Positions 54,589 through 64,000 of a stretch of DNA of 64,000 nucleotides are shown in pieces. Location of the stretch: assembly GCA_965215015.1 (NCBI GenBank), contig OZ244042.1, forward strand, positions 4,672,001 through 4,736,000, read 5' to 3'. The notes under the pieces were generated by a model. It had not been told where the DNA came from, searched no databases, and worked only from the letters and a program-made list of their open reading frames with translations. Each line of letters starts with the position of its first letter. The first letter of the stretch is position 1. The position numbers and the translations under genes are program-made. Source of the stretch: Candidatus Poribacteria bacterium. GTDB lineage: Bacteria > Poribacteria > WGA-4E > PCPOR2b.

Positions 54589-56232
54589 ATGGGAAAAAAG
54601 CTAAAACATTGGTTTATCCTTATACTTAACCTTCTCACCGCACTCTGCCATGCACAAATCGCCGTTCAATTCGTTGATGTTACCACAGAGGCGGGCATTA
54701 CGTTCAAGCACGTCAATGGTGCCAGCGATCGGAAGTTCTATTTGGAAACAATGGGCTCCGGCGCGACTTTCTTGGATTATGATAACGACGGGGATTTAGA
54801 CCTTTATATCGTTAATGGAGCACCATTGCCCGGCTTTGAGACAGCTGCCCCACCCACGAACCTCCTCTATCAAAACGATGGGACTGGTAGGTTTATCGAG
54901 GTCACCGCGGCGGCGGGCGTGGGGGACACCGGCTACGGTATGGGCTGTGTCGCCGCAGATTACGACAACGACGGCGATCCAGATTTATACGTGACCAATT
55001 TCGGCGCAAATCTCCTCTATCAAAATAATGGGGAAGGCACGTTCACCGACATGACAACTCACGCCGGTGTGGGAGGGGGGGATGAATGGAGTTCAAGTTG
55101 CGCCTTCGTGGACTACGACCATGATGGTAACTTAGACCTCTACGTCGTCAACTACCTCGATTATGACCTAGCGCAAGACCGGGATTGGTACGATCCACAC
55201 GGGCGGCGGGTGTATGCGAATCCGCAAGTTTACCCCGGCGTCTCAGACACCCTTTATAGAAACAACGGCGATGGGACATTTACGGATGTAACGGGGCAAG
55301 CGGGCGTTTATAACAACGAAGGCAAAGGGCTCGGTGTTACCTGCGGGGATTACGACAACGATGGACGTATCGATATTTATGTTGCCAACGACACAACGCC
55401 CAATTTTCTCTACCGCAATGTTGGCGATGGGCGTTTTGTGGATATCGCTCCTTTTGCGGGTGCCGCGTATAACGAGCACGGTGTTGCGGAAGGTGGGATG
55501 GGGGTCGATTTCGGAGACTACAACAACGATGGCACTCTGGACATCTTCGTCACTAATTTTTCCAACGAAACAAATACATTGTACCATAACACGACAGACG
55601 GTGCCTTAATCGACTTTACAAACATCGCGGGTCTGGGGGAAGCCAGTTTCCTGAGATTGGCTTTCGGAACAAAGTTCTTCGATGCGGACAATGATGGTGC
55701 ATTAGACCTCTTTGTCGCCAACGGCCATCTCTATCCAACCGACTCCGATGCACTCGAATACGCACAAACCGATCAGCTTTTCATCAACACAGGGGAGGGA
55801 ACTTTTGTGGATGCTTCTGATCGGTCCGGCGAGTATTTCTCGATTAAAAGGGTAGGGCGCGGTACCGCCTTTGGCGATTACGATAACGACGGCGACGTCG
55901 ACATTTTTATCGTGAATCTGAATCAGGAAGGGGTGCTCCTCCGCAACAAAGGCGGAAACAAACACAACTGGCTGATGATAAAAACCGTTGGGAGCAAAAG
56001 CAACCGCGATGGGATAGGCACACGCGTCGGAGTCGTAACCCGTTTCCACTCCCAGATGCGAGAGGTACAAGCAGGATCGAGCTATCTTTCGGGGCACGAC
56101 TTGCGGCTTATTTTTGGGTTAGGAACAGAAACAAAAGCAGAAACAGTGAAAATTATTTGGCCCAGTGGGGCAGAACAAACACTCCTGGACGTTGAAGCGA
56201 ATCAGCTGCTTGTCATCACCGAAGAAAATTAG
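54589..56232 (+). CDS. Secreted CRTAC1/ASPIC-UnbV family protein
   Basis: Signal peptide, DYDNDGD repeats, SNRDGIG...GSSYLS...FGLG...WPSG. Confidence 0.92.
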   Translation: MGKKLKHWFILILNLLTALCHAQIAVQFVDVTTEAGITFKHVNGASDRKFYLETMGSGATFLDYDNDGDLDLYIVNGAPLPGFETAAPPTNLLYQNDGTGRFIEVTAAAGVGDTGYGMGCVAADYDNDGDPDLYVTNFGANLLYQNNGEGTFTDMTTHAGVGGGDEWSSSCAFVDYDHDGNLDLYVVNYLDYDLAQDRDWYDPHGRRVYANPQVYPGVSDTLYRNNGDGTFTDVTGQAGVYNNEGKGLGVTCGDYDNDGRIDIYVANDTTPNFLYRNVGDGRFVDIAPFAGAAYNEHGVAEGGMGVDFGDYNNDGTLDIFVTNFSNETNTLYHNTTDGALIDFTNIAGLGEASFLRLAFGTKFFDADNDGALDLFVANGHLYPTDSDALEYAQTDQLFINTGEGTFVDASDRSGEYFSIKRVGRGTAFGDYDNDGDVDIFIVNLNQEGVLLRNKGGNKHNWLMIKTVGSKSNRDGIGTRVGVVTRFHSQMREVQAGSSYLSGHDLRLIFGLGTETKAETVKIIWPSGAEQTLLDVEANQLLVITEEN

Positions 56233-56369
56233 TTGAAAGCCCCTTCATTACTTTCAAGGAACAGTGATGTAGTGACGCAGATTAGATTGAACGGTTAAAA
56301 GCAAATCCATATCAACAACAATAGAGAGGCTCCTTTTTAATTACATGAGGGGTGCTCATAATTATCGTT

Positions 56370-56945
56370 CTATCTTGTCTGTTAGGCATTGCCTAACAGG
56401 CGTCAAGGTTCTCTCCGCTTCTATCGGAGACTGACGCTCTCCCCTGAGCGGGTGGATGCCCCTACCTGATAGATATTAACCGCCGCTTTGCGGCCTCTAT
56501 CCAACTGCGTAGCGAGACCACCGCTTTAACTTTGTCAAGTGTCGCATCAGTGTTTTCTTATCCAGATATTTGCTATAGATAGCATAGTATCTGCCGCACA
56601 AGGCGACAAAGTGATTACATACTTCAGCGGGGGCAATCAATCGTTTTGTGCAACTCACGGTTGCCGTGATGGCTATACATCTTGAACTGGTAGGTTTTCA
56701 GGGAAGGGTCTTTCTTACCTACTTCACGAAGGTTGGGACGGGAGGTTGCCTATCCCCTAACGATTAGGAAAGACTCTTCCGAGGACGATGTAGTAGATGG
56801 ATCTCTTGACTATTTCCAAAACGATAAGGAAAATAAAAAAGACTATTAGTCCTCCCCAAACATCCTCCATCTCGAGGTCCCCCCCACCCCCGCGTTTATC
56901 GTTAACCCCACTATTAGCACTGTCGTTAGTCCAAGGATTAGACTA
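56370..56945. ncRNA. Candidate large (about 580 nt) structured non-coding RNA, family not recognised
   Basis: No ORF of 60 aa or more in 880 bp; continuous nested helices and crossing pairings; strand uncertain. Confidence 0.55.
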
Positions 56946-57115
56946 TACAAGACTTTAAGGAATCTATACCATGCTTTGGTATTCAAGTAAGCAATACCTT
57001 TTTGATTTTGATTGCTCTGGAAATCCAGATCTCAGCCCTCCGCTTCCCCTCAGATAAGATAATAAAGTTCAAATCATCTGTTTAAAAGGAGATATACCCC
57101 TCTACTCAATCCGGT

Positions 57116-58180
57116 CTATTTCCAAGGCACGGCCACCCCAAGCTCATCTGCCAACCCCTCAAGGGACTGTACCTGAGACTTGTGCAGCGGAATACCATTC
57201 GCACGACGTTCTTGGGTGAGTTCCCATTCGATTTCACCGGGAAGCGTAACCCGATCAAATCCCACCCGCGGTTTCGCTTTACGGGTCGTGCGAATCTGTT
57301 CGTCTATTTCCTCCTTAAATTGATCAACCGAGGTCAAACTCTCAACATTGATGGCAAAGAAAAAGTGAGCGGTCGCAATTTTTTCAGGCGGTGCGTTCCG
57401 TGGATTGTACGCTTTATTGATCCCCATCAGTCCACCCCCTAACGGTCCGCACAACACGTCCATGATAATTGCAAGCGCAGAACCTTTCGGACCCGCAGCG
57501 GGCAGGATTGCCGCCACCTTTGATGGATCATCAGTCTCCTCTCCATTCTCGTCTAGTCCCCAACCTAAAGGAATCTTCTGATCATACATTCGCGCAGTCC
57601 CAATTCTACCGGCAGCCGCAGCACCACACGCCATATCCAACACAATCGGCGGTTCCTCGCCGGCGGGGATGGCGAAAGCAAGCGCGTTGTTACCGATTGA
57701 GTTGCTCCTCGCGCCAAAGACCGCCACGTTCACGCCGCCTCCATTGGTAGTTGCAAAGCCAATCATATCGTGTTCAAGCGCACGCATCGCATGACTAGAA
57801 GCGGCACCGAAGTGTTTACTGTTGCGAACAACCACAATGCCGATCGAAGCTGCCCTGGCTTTTTCAATAGCAAGGTTCATTCCGTGGATAGCAACAAGGT
57901 GCCCCAAGCCCCGGTCACCATCAAGTAAAGCGGACGCAGGGTTATCTGCAAGGGTTTTGATGTCGGGATTCGGGTTAGTATCGCCATCTATCAGCCCGCG
58001 CACATAGCCCGGCACACCGCGTGTGGCGTGTGAGGGAACGCCTCGCAGATCCATCAAAACCTGCATCTGAGCGATGGTATCGGCGTACTCTCGCGCGACA
58101 CAGCCTTTTTGATATAGCTGGCTGCAGACCTGTTGGAGCTGGTCTGCATTGACAATTGTTTCCTGTTCGCGTTGATTCAT
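57116..58180 (-). CDS. Ldh_2 (type 2 malate/L-lactate dehydrogenase) family oxidoreductase
   Basis: DLRGVPSH, DGDRGLG, RNSKHFG, LDMA, GPKGSAL, LPGE. Confidence 0.9.
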   Translation of the reverse strand: MNQREQETIVNADQLQQVCSQLYQKGCVAREYADTIAQMQVLMDLRGVPSHATRGVPGYVRGLIDGDTNPNPDIKTLADNPASALLDGDRGLGHLVAIHGMNLAIEKARAASIGIVVVRNSKHFGAASSHAMRALEHDMIGFATTNGGGVNVAVFGARSNSIGNNALAFAIPAGEEPPIVLDMACGAAAAGRIGTARMYDQKIPLGWGLDENGEETDDPSKVAAILPAAGPKGSALAIIMDVLCGPLGGGLMGINKAYNPRNAPPEKIATAHFFFAINVESLTSVDQFKEEIDEQIRTTRKAKPRVGFDRVTLPGEIEWELTQERRANGIPLHKSQVQSLEGLADELGVAVPWK

Positions 58181-58287
58181 CTTAACCTCCTCATGCGTGA
58201 AATGTAAAACGTGATGCGTGAATAAATTAAAAAATCTGACTTAGAACCGTACCCTGGTTTCACAACTATTCAGAAGCGCGTAGTGGG

Positions 58288-58761
58288 TCAAGGACGAATG
58301 TAAAGATTATACGGTCTATTAAGCCCATCCGGGTCGCCCTGATCCAACAGCATGTTTGAGGTCTTGCCCAAAACACACCGAGCGACCCACCGATTGAGTG
58401 CAGGAATTTCTTCGGCTGAAAATGCTTCAACCTCCTCAAGGGTAAAGTATCCAGCAGCGTCAACCTCGTGCCCGTCGGGAATGGGGTCATGCGATACAAC
58501 AGGCGTTAGCCTGAAAATGAGGTAGGTGGAATTATCGTTTTCCTTCACACGGTGACGTACCCCAAGCAAGCCCTCGACCTCCGCGCGGATGCCGGTTTCT
58601 TCGTAAATCTCCCGCACGACACCCTCATGGGCACATTCCTCCGATTTGACATATCCCCCCGGAATCTGCCACTTCTTGGCACCATAGACGTGATGAACTA
58701 AAAGCAGTTGTCCATCACGCACAACCGCCCCGCCAACACCAAGCGTAAATTTCCACTCCAT
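58288..58761 (-). CDS. NUDIX hydrolase
   Basis: PGG...E...VREIYEETG Nudix box. Confidence 0.9.
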   Translation of the reverse strand: MEWKFTLGVGGAVVRDGQLLLVHHVYGAKKWQIPGGYVKSEECAHEGVVREIYEETGIRAEVEGLLGVRHRVKENDNSTYLIFRLTPVVSHDPIPDGHEVDAAGYFTLEEVEAFSAEEIPALNRWVARCVLGKTSNMLLDQGDPDGLNRPYNLYIRP

Positions 58762-58815
58762 ATCCTCCCCTTTTCCGCGCTATCTCAGGTTAGATTCAAT
58801 CTTTCAAACAGAGAT

Positions 58816-60021
58816 TTAGATCCCCCATCGTTCGTTGATCTCGTCTTGATACCCTGTCACCCTCTCGTTGTAGACATCATCGAATTTCACCACCTGACCG
58901 ATCCACCCCGATTCGTAAATCGCATTGCAGACCGCCTGCGCCTTCAAGCCATCAATCCCATCGAGCTCAGGTCTACGTCGTGTCCGAACCGCATCCAGAA
59001 AATCGTAGACCTCAAGCATCACCCCTTCCGTGATGCCGTGCGGGAACAACCGCTCCTTTTCCTCTGGACTGAGGTTTGCCATGTAGGTGCTTTGCAAAGC
59101 ATCCGGATCCTGCGTGCTCCCATCCCACAGTTGCAATTCAGGCGATTGTGGGTATCCACCCGTGCTGTAGATAGAACCGACGCTTCCGTGATAGCTGTTA
59201 TAGCCTATACTGTGTCCCGGGGCAGCACCGGTGTTGACCCATTGACCGATTACACCACTCTTAAATGTGATCGTTGCAAGTGCTGTATCCTCGACGGTTT
59301 GTGGCACATAATTGCCATCTGAATCCTTGAACTGGTATTGGGTCAAGTTTTCTGATTTGGCATAGACTTCATCGGGCTCACCGTAGAAATAGATGAGGAG
59401 ATCTATGTAGTGCACCCCACCATCGATGATTCCGTTTCCACCGCCCGTGAGTTTGTCTCTCCGCCATGTTGTCATCTCATCGCGTAAGAGATTTTCGGGA
59501 TCTCTGTTAGCACCACTGACACTCTGTCGGAAAAACATACGAGACTCCCCAATCCGCTTCTCTTTGTTGATAAGCCACTCAACGGTGCGTGAACTCACCC
59601 ATCGGCGCACCTGCTCTGCGGTGGCAAGGATACGATTGTGCGCTGCTGCAGTCTTAATCATCTTGTGTCCCGCGCGAACTGTTACCCCAAGCGGTTTCTC
59701 AACGATGACGTCAACCCCCGCTTCAAAGCAGGTAATTGCAAGCGTATGATGTAGGAAATGGGGACCACAGATGTCAGCGGCAGTCAATGTCTCCTGCGCT
59801 AGCATCTTATCAATGTCGTCGTAGACTGCGGGTTCCACACCTCCTTGCGCTTCAGCAGCTCTCGTAGCAAAGCCCTTCGCGCGATCTATATCGACATCAC
59901 ACATCGCCACAAAATCGAAAATATCAATACCACGATTCTTGAGTCCAATGTAGGCGTTCAGATGTGCCCCTGCCATCCCGCCGCAACCAATGATAGCCAA
60001 TCTAACTTTGTCAGTTTGCAT
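58816..60021 (-). CDS. Gfo/Idh/MocA family oxidoreductase
   Basis: IIGCGGMA, VEKPL, DGGVHYID. Confidence 0.9.
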   Translation of the reverse strand: MQTDKVRLAIIGCGGMAGAHLNAYIGLKNRGIDIFDFVAMCDVDIDRAKGFATRAAEAQGGVEPAVYDDIDKMLAQETLTAADICGPHFLHHTLAITCFEAGVDVIVEKPLGVTVRAGHKMIKTAAAHNRILATAEQVRRWVSSRTVEWLINKEKRIGESRMFFRQSVSGANRDPENLLRDEMTTWRRDKLTGGGNGIIDGGVHYIDLLIYFYGEPDEVYAKSENLTQYQFKDSDGNYVPQTVEDTALATITFKSGVIGQWVNTGAAPGHSIGYNSYHGSVGSIYSTGGYPQSPELQLWDGSTQDPDALQSTYMANLSPEEKERLFPHGITEGVMLEVYDFLDAVRTRRRPELDGIDGLKAQAVCNAIYESGWIGQVVKFDDVYNERVTGYQDEINERWGI

Positions 60022-60295
60022 AACGCTCTCCCTATCTGGAATTTCACGCCCCTGTTTTTACCATTCAATCATACCACGACTCCAGGAAAAGATCAACGCG
60101 CAATACTCAATAGAAACTCCCATGAAATTGAGGTCATTATTTCACCGGAAATTTATACTCACTCAAACAGAATATCAATTTGCCGTAAGAATCGAATAAT
60201 GGGAAAGATGTGGGGAGGAGAATCGAGAACGGACTCTGATGGATAAAAACAAAAAGGTAGGATTCAAAAAAAGGCACATCACTGGACTGAAAGAT

Positions 60296-61192
60296 TCAGT
60301 TCTTGTTGACAAGATAAATCCCATAAGCGACCAAGCAGGCACCTACAATCAGCGCGAAACCAATCTCGTCGCCCAAGAGCAGATAGCTTAACAACACACC
60401 GAATAACGGTGTCAGAAAGAACAGAACAACTAACCTACTCGGACTGTACTTCTCAAGGATCGATGTCCAAGAGACAAAGCAGAACCCAGCAATAACAATG
60501 CCCTGATAGAGAATTGCGCTCACACCCGAGACTGAGAAGTGAAAATTGGCACCCCTCTCCAAGAACAAGCTCGAAATGACAAAACATGGGATGCTAAAAA
60601 TCATTAACCAGAACAGCAGGCGATAAGGGTGAATAGATTGGATGATAAGCTTGGTGACCACCGTCCGCAGACCTAACAGACAGCCACTTAGCAAAACAAT
60701 GAAATCTCCACGTAGGTAATCCTGCACCCCAAATTTCAGATTTCCCCCGAAAGTTAGCAGGACCCCACCAAATGCAAGGGTAATCCCTACCATTTTCCTG
60801 GCCGAAAGCCGATCGCCCGGCACCCAAAAATGGGCAAACAACGCCGTAAAGAACGGGTATGTACTGATGAAAATCGTCGATCGTGACGCTTCTGTGATTT
60901 GCGTTCCGAGGTTCAGCGTGCTAATTTGGAGCGTGAAAATCACCGATACAAAAACCAGTGGGAGCAACTCGCCCGGATGCATTTGGAGGCGAACCCTCTG
61001 ATATAACGACCACAACGTAATCGCGGCGAATCCAAGGAGAAAACGTATCGTCGCTAGTGCAAAGGGCGGAACCCCCTGTAAGCCGATTTTGATCGAAACC
61101 GAGTTGCCTCCCCAGAGCAGGGCAAGCAACAGTACCAACGCGATGACCCTAGTATTTGGTCGGTCAGCGGCGATTTCAGGTTTTTCACTCAT
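60296..61192 (-). CDS. DMT/EamA family transporter
   Basis: Ten TMs in two EamA repeats (LLWG...PP...RF). Confidence 0.9.
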   Translation of the reverse strand: MSEKPEIAADRPNTRVIALVLLLALLWGGNSVSIKIGLQGVPPFALATIRFLLGFAAITLWSLYQRVRLQMHPGELLPLVFVSVIFTLQISTLNLGTQITEASRSTIFISTYPFFTALFAHFWVPGDRLSARKMVGITLAFGGVLLTFGGNLKFGVQDYLRGDFIVLLSGCLLGLRTVVTKLIIQSIHPYRLLFWLMIFSIPCFVISSLFLERGANFHFSVSGVSAILYQGIVIAGFCFVSWTSILEKYSPSRLVVLFFLTPLFGVLLSYLLLGDEIGFALIVGACLVAYGIYLVNKN

Positions 61193-61340
61193 CCTTTCTC
61201 GCGTTTCTTTCTCCTACGTTTCACATTCTAAGTTACACATCAGGTTGGACGCATTACGGCAAAACGTAAGGGGACCAGAATCACAGGAACGCTCCCATCC
61301 TTTCCTTCTAATCCTTATTCACCTAATCTCTGAATACCCC

Positions 61341-62141
61341 TCAATCATAATTACTTGGTCGATGGTCACCAAGCAGCCGTCGTTGCCGCGGCGTTGCCTG
61401 CGCGAGAATCGCTTCGTCAAACTGAAACTTGTTGAGGTAGGGTGGAAATTTCTGTGTAATCATCCGCTTGGCGTAATGCACCTGTAATAGATAACGGTTC
61501 TGATCGCTCGTATTTTCCGAACCGCGGTGCCACACCTCGCTTCGGAAAACAACGACATCGCCGGCATTACATAGGATACTGTGGTCGCCAACCCCTTTCC
61601 ACTCAACATCACCATTTGGGCTTCGTCCCGCCTGATGACTCCCCGGAATAAACTTTGTCGGTCCCAATTCTTCATACAGGTTATCAAGATAAAAATGGGC
61701 GGTGGTAATAAAAATTGGAACCTTCACCCGCGGATCCGCCAACACATCCGCCGGCAGGCTAATCGGCAGCCAATCGGTATGTAAGCTCTGATCCGGACGC
61801 CCAGGCCCCGTCGTCCATGCTGTCATCCCAATAACGTGGCAATCGTCGCCGTGGATAGCTTCCTCCAACTCAATAATCTCTGGCTTGTCGAGATATTGCA
61901 GAAAAATGGCATCTCGATTGAAGGCATTATTGATATGCTTATTGAGAAAACCACCGTTTTCAGGAGTACTGTGTTTATCGAAACTGTCCGGTATCTGCGT
62001 CAGCCGGTCCATGGCGTCTCGCAGTTCAAAAATTTCTTCGGCGTTGAGAACCGCAGGGAAATAGACAAAGCCATCATTCTCTATAGCTTTGACTCGACTT
62101 TCTAAATCTGGATATGCAACAAGTGGTAACGCGTCAGCCAT
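61341..62141 (-). CDS. Phytanoyl-CoA dioxygenase (PhyH) family protein
   Basis: LHTD, GPTKFIPGSH, AGDVVVF...WHRG. Confidence 0.9.
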   Translation of the reverse strand: MADALPLVAYPDLESRVKAIENDGFVYFPAVLNAEEIFELRDAMDRLTQIPDSFDKHSTPENGGFLNKHINNAFNRDAIFLQYLDKPEIIELEEAIHGDDCHVIGMTAWTTGPGRPDQSLHTDWLPISLPADVLADPRVKVPIFITTAHFYLDNLYEELGPTKFIPGSHQAGRSPNGDVEWKGVGDHSILCNAGDVVVFRSEVWHRGSENTSDQNRYLLQVHYAKRMITQKFPPYLNKFQFDEAILAQATPRQRRLLGDHRPSNYD

Positions 62142-62367
62142 CTATTCACTCCTCCCATCTTCATATTTTTTTCTAACCGAACCCAAGTCACTAGTAGTAA
62201 CCACGCTCCATCGTGCCGTAATATGCACAACGGTTACGGCATACGGAGTATACTTACTACTTTGGGAAATCTATCAAAAATTGTCGCTGATTTTACCGAC
62301 TCTGCTGCGTCGTGTCAACACTTTTTTAAGGGAAATGGCAGCGAAGCCCATCTCTTGAAATATTCCC

Positions 62368-63132
62368 TTAACCCATTATCCCAATGCTCTTGAGATAAGC
62401 CACGGACTTCTCCATTCGTGCTTGTACACCCGCCTCATCTATATCCTCGCCTTCAATCCCTTCCAACTCCATTGCACACGGGCCATAGAAGCCTGCGTCA
62501 GTCAAGATCTGAAACACGCCTTTGAAATCAACCACGCCTTCACCGAGTGCAGGAAAGTGCCACGTCCGATACCCACCGTTGGTATCTTTGAGATGAACGG
62601 CACCAACATGTTTGATAATCTTCCTAAGCTCACCAACAGCGGTGACGTTATGATTGTAGAAATAGACATTGCCGGTGTCAAAGTTAATACAGATGTTCGG
62701 GTGGTTGACCCTCCGCATAGTTTCGAGTGCGACATCGGCGTTGTGCGCCAGATCGAGATGTGTTTCCAAACAGACCTTGAGGCCGAGCGGAGCAGCGTTC
62801 TCACCAATCTGTCTTAGCCGTTCATAGATGACATTTCGATCGTGGTCGCCGGCATGGGCACTGGTAAAGATGACCTTTACACCGATCTGGGCCGCAGCGT
62901 CTAAGCAAACCTGAAAGTCTGAGACAACGTTCTCATCCTGAACATTGCAACCCGCAGCAACGCTGGTCGCTGTGAGTCCATAGGATTTCAACTCAGCGAG
63001 CACCTTATCGACATCTCCCGGCGCAGGCGCAGCGATCTCAACATTTGTCAACCCAATTTTCGCAAGATGCGGATACGCACCTTCACGAAATTGTCCATAG
63101 CTATTCAAATTACATGCGATGATATTTTTCAT
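62368..63132 (-). CDS. Sugar phosphate isomerase/epimerase (xylose isomerase-like TIM barrel)
   Basis: LETH, NFDTGN, HLKD, GEGVVDF, MELE. Confidence 0.88.
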   Translation of the reverse strand: MKNIIACNLNSYGQFREGAYPHLAKIGLTNVEIAAPAPGDVDKVLAELKSYGLTATSVAAGCNVQDENVVSDFQVCLDAAAQIGVKVIFTSAHAGDHDRNVIYERLRQIGENAAPLGLKVCLETHLDLAHNADVALETMRRVNHPNICINFDTGNVYFYNHNVTAVGELRKIIKHVGAVHLKDTNGGYRTWHFPALGEGVVDFKGVFQILTDAGFYGPCAMELEGIEGEDIDEAGVQARMEKSVAYLKSIGIMG

Positions 63133-63352
63133 CCTTGTACCTCTTAATAAAAGATCGGTTCATATTAAGAAATCGTGCAATAAAAACCGAGCTTTTGGCA
63201 AGCGCGGGCGGGGAAACACCGCCCCTATAGTTCCCTTCGCACTTTGTACTTTCCTCTTCTACGAGCCCCGCAGATTGGGCACTAATGGACCAATGAACAT
63301 ATTGTTTTCACGTTTCACGCTCTTAGCATTCTGTACTTTTGAGCCAAAAGAT

Positions 63353-64000
63353 TTACCTTTCGATGTATGAAATATCTTCCAACACCCGCCGCAAAAAGCC
63401 GTCGTTTTTTTTTAATAACGCAACGGCTTCCTTCTGATTGATCCCCTTCACAAGCATGACAATTGCGGTTTTCACACTGCCATCGGCGCATTCCAACGCC
63501 GCTTGTGCTGTCGCATAGTCTGTCCCTGTGATCTCCATGATGATACGCACCCCCCGATCAATAAGCTTCGCGTTCGACGCCTGAACATCAACCATTAGAT
63601 TGTTGTAAACCTTCCCAATCTGGATCATCGAGACAGTGGTGAGCATGTTGAGTACCAACTTCGTCGCTGTCCCGGTTTTCAGCCGTGTTGAGCCAGTGAT
63701 AATTTCTGGACCCACAACCGGCGCGATAAAGACATCCACAAATGCTTTCAGACTATCAGCGGGCGGGGTGCAGCAGAGGAAAATCGTCTTGGCCCTGATT
63801 CGATGGGCCTCCTCCAACGCACCAAGCACATAAGGTGTACGACCGCTGCCCGCAATGCCAACCACTACATCTTGATCGGTAATGCCGTGATCGCGGAGGG
63901 CTTGTGCGCCGGCGTCCGGTTTATCTTCCGCAGCCTCAACGGAACGACGCAACGCTTGATCTCCACCGGCGATGATTCCCTGTATCATGCTGGGCGGGGT
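63353..64000 (-). CDS. murQ: N-acetylmuramic acid 6-phosphate etherase, 5' end outside the window
   Basis: GIIAGG, EAAED, SGRTPYV, GPEIITGSTRLK.GTATKLVLNM, NLMVDV. Confidence 0.93.
   Translation of the reverse strand, partial: TPPSMIQGIIAGGDQALRRSVEAAEDKPDAGAQALRDHGITDQDVVVGIAGSGRTPYVLGALEEAHRIRAKTIFLCCTPPADSLKAFVDVFIAPVVGPEIITGSTRLKTGTATKLVLNMLTTVSMIQIGKVYNNLMVDVQASNAKLIDRGVRIIMEITGTDYATAQAALECADGSVKTAIVMLVKGINQKEAVALLKKNDGFLRRVLEDISYIER

Overview
64 kb of bacterial chromosome. The gene content points to Candidatus Poribacteria (inference): PhyH dioxygenases, CRTAC1/ASPIC-UnbV proteins, EutN/CcmL microcompartment vertex genes and a C-terminal LLPNYPNPFNPETWIPF...RKMLILK tail. Housekeeping blocks (alr, rph-rdgB, larA-like-minCDE, gap-tpiA-secG, tgt, trmFO, hisH, ribE-ribBA-ribH, nadD-like, murQ) alternate with accessory catabolic and secreted-protein genes. 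There are two decayed restriction-modification loci (one KpnI-like) and an M23-type pseudogene. Mobile and repetitive DNA includes a MITE family with 5-bp target-site duplications, REP-like palindromes, tandem duplications and an ORF-less group II intron. The most striking unexplained signal is three protein-free, densely base-paired intergenic regions that match no RNA family I recognise: about 1.15 kb at 18300-19445 (minus strand, own sigma70-like promoter), about 260 nt at 26555-26815 and about 580 nt at 56370-56945. They are candidate new large structured non-coding RNAs. All family assignments come from motif recognition by eye; no searches were run.
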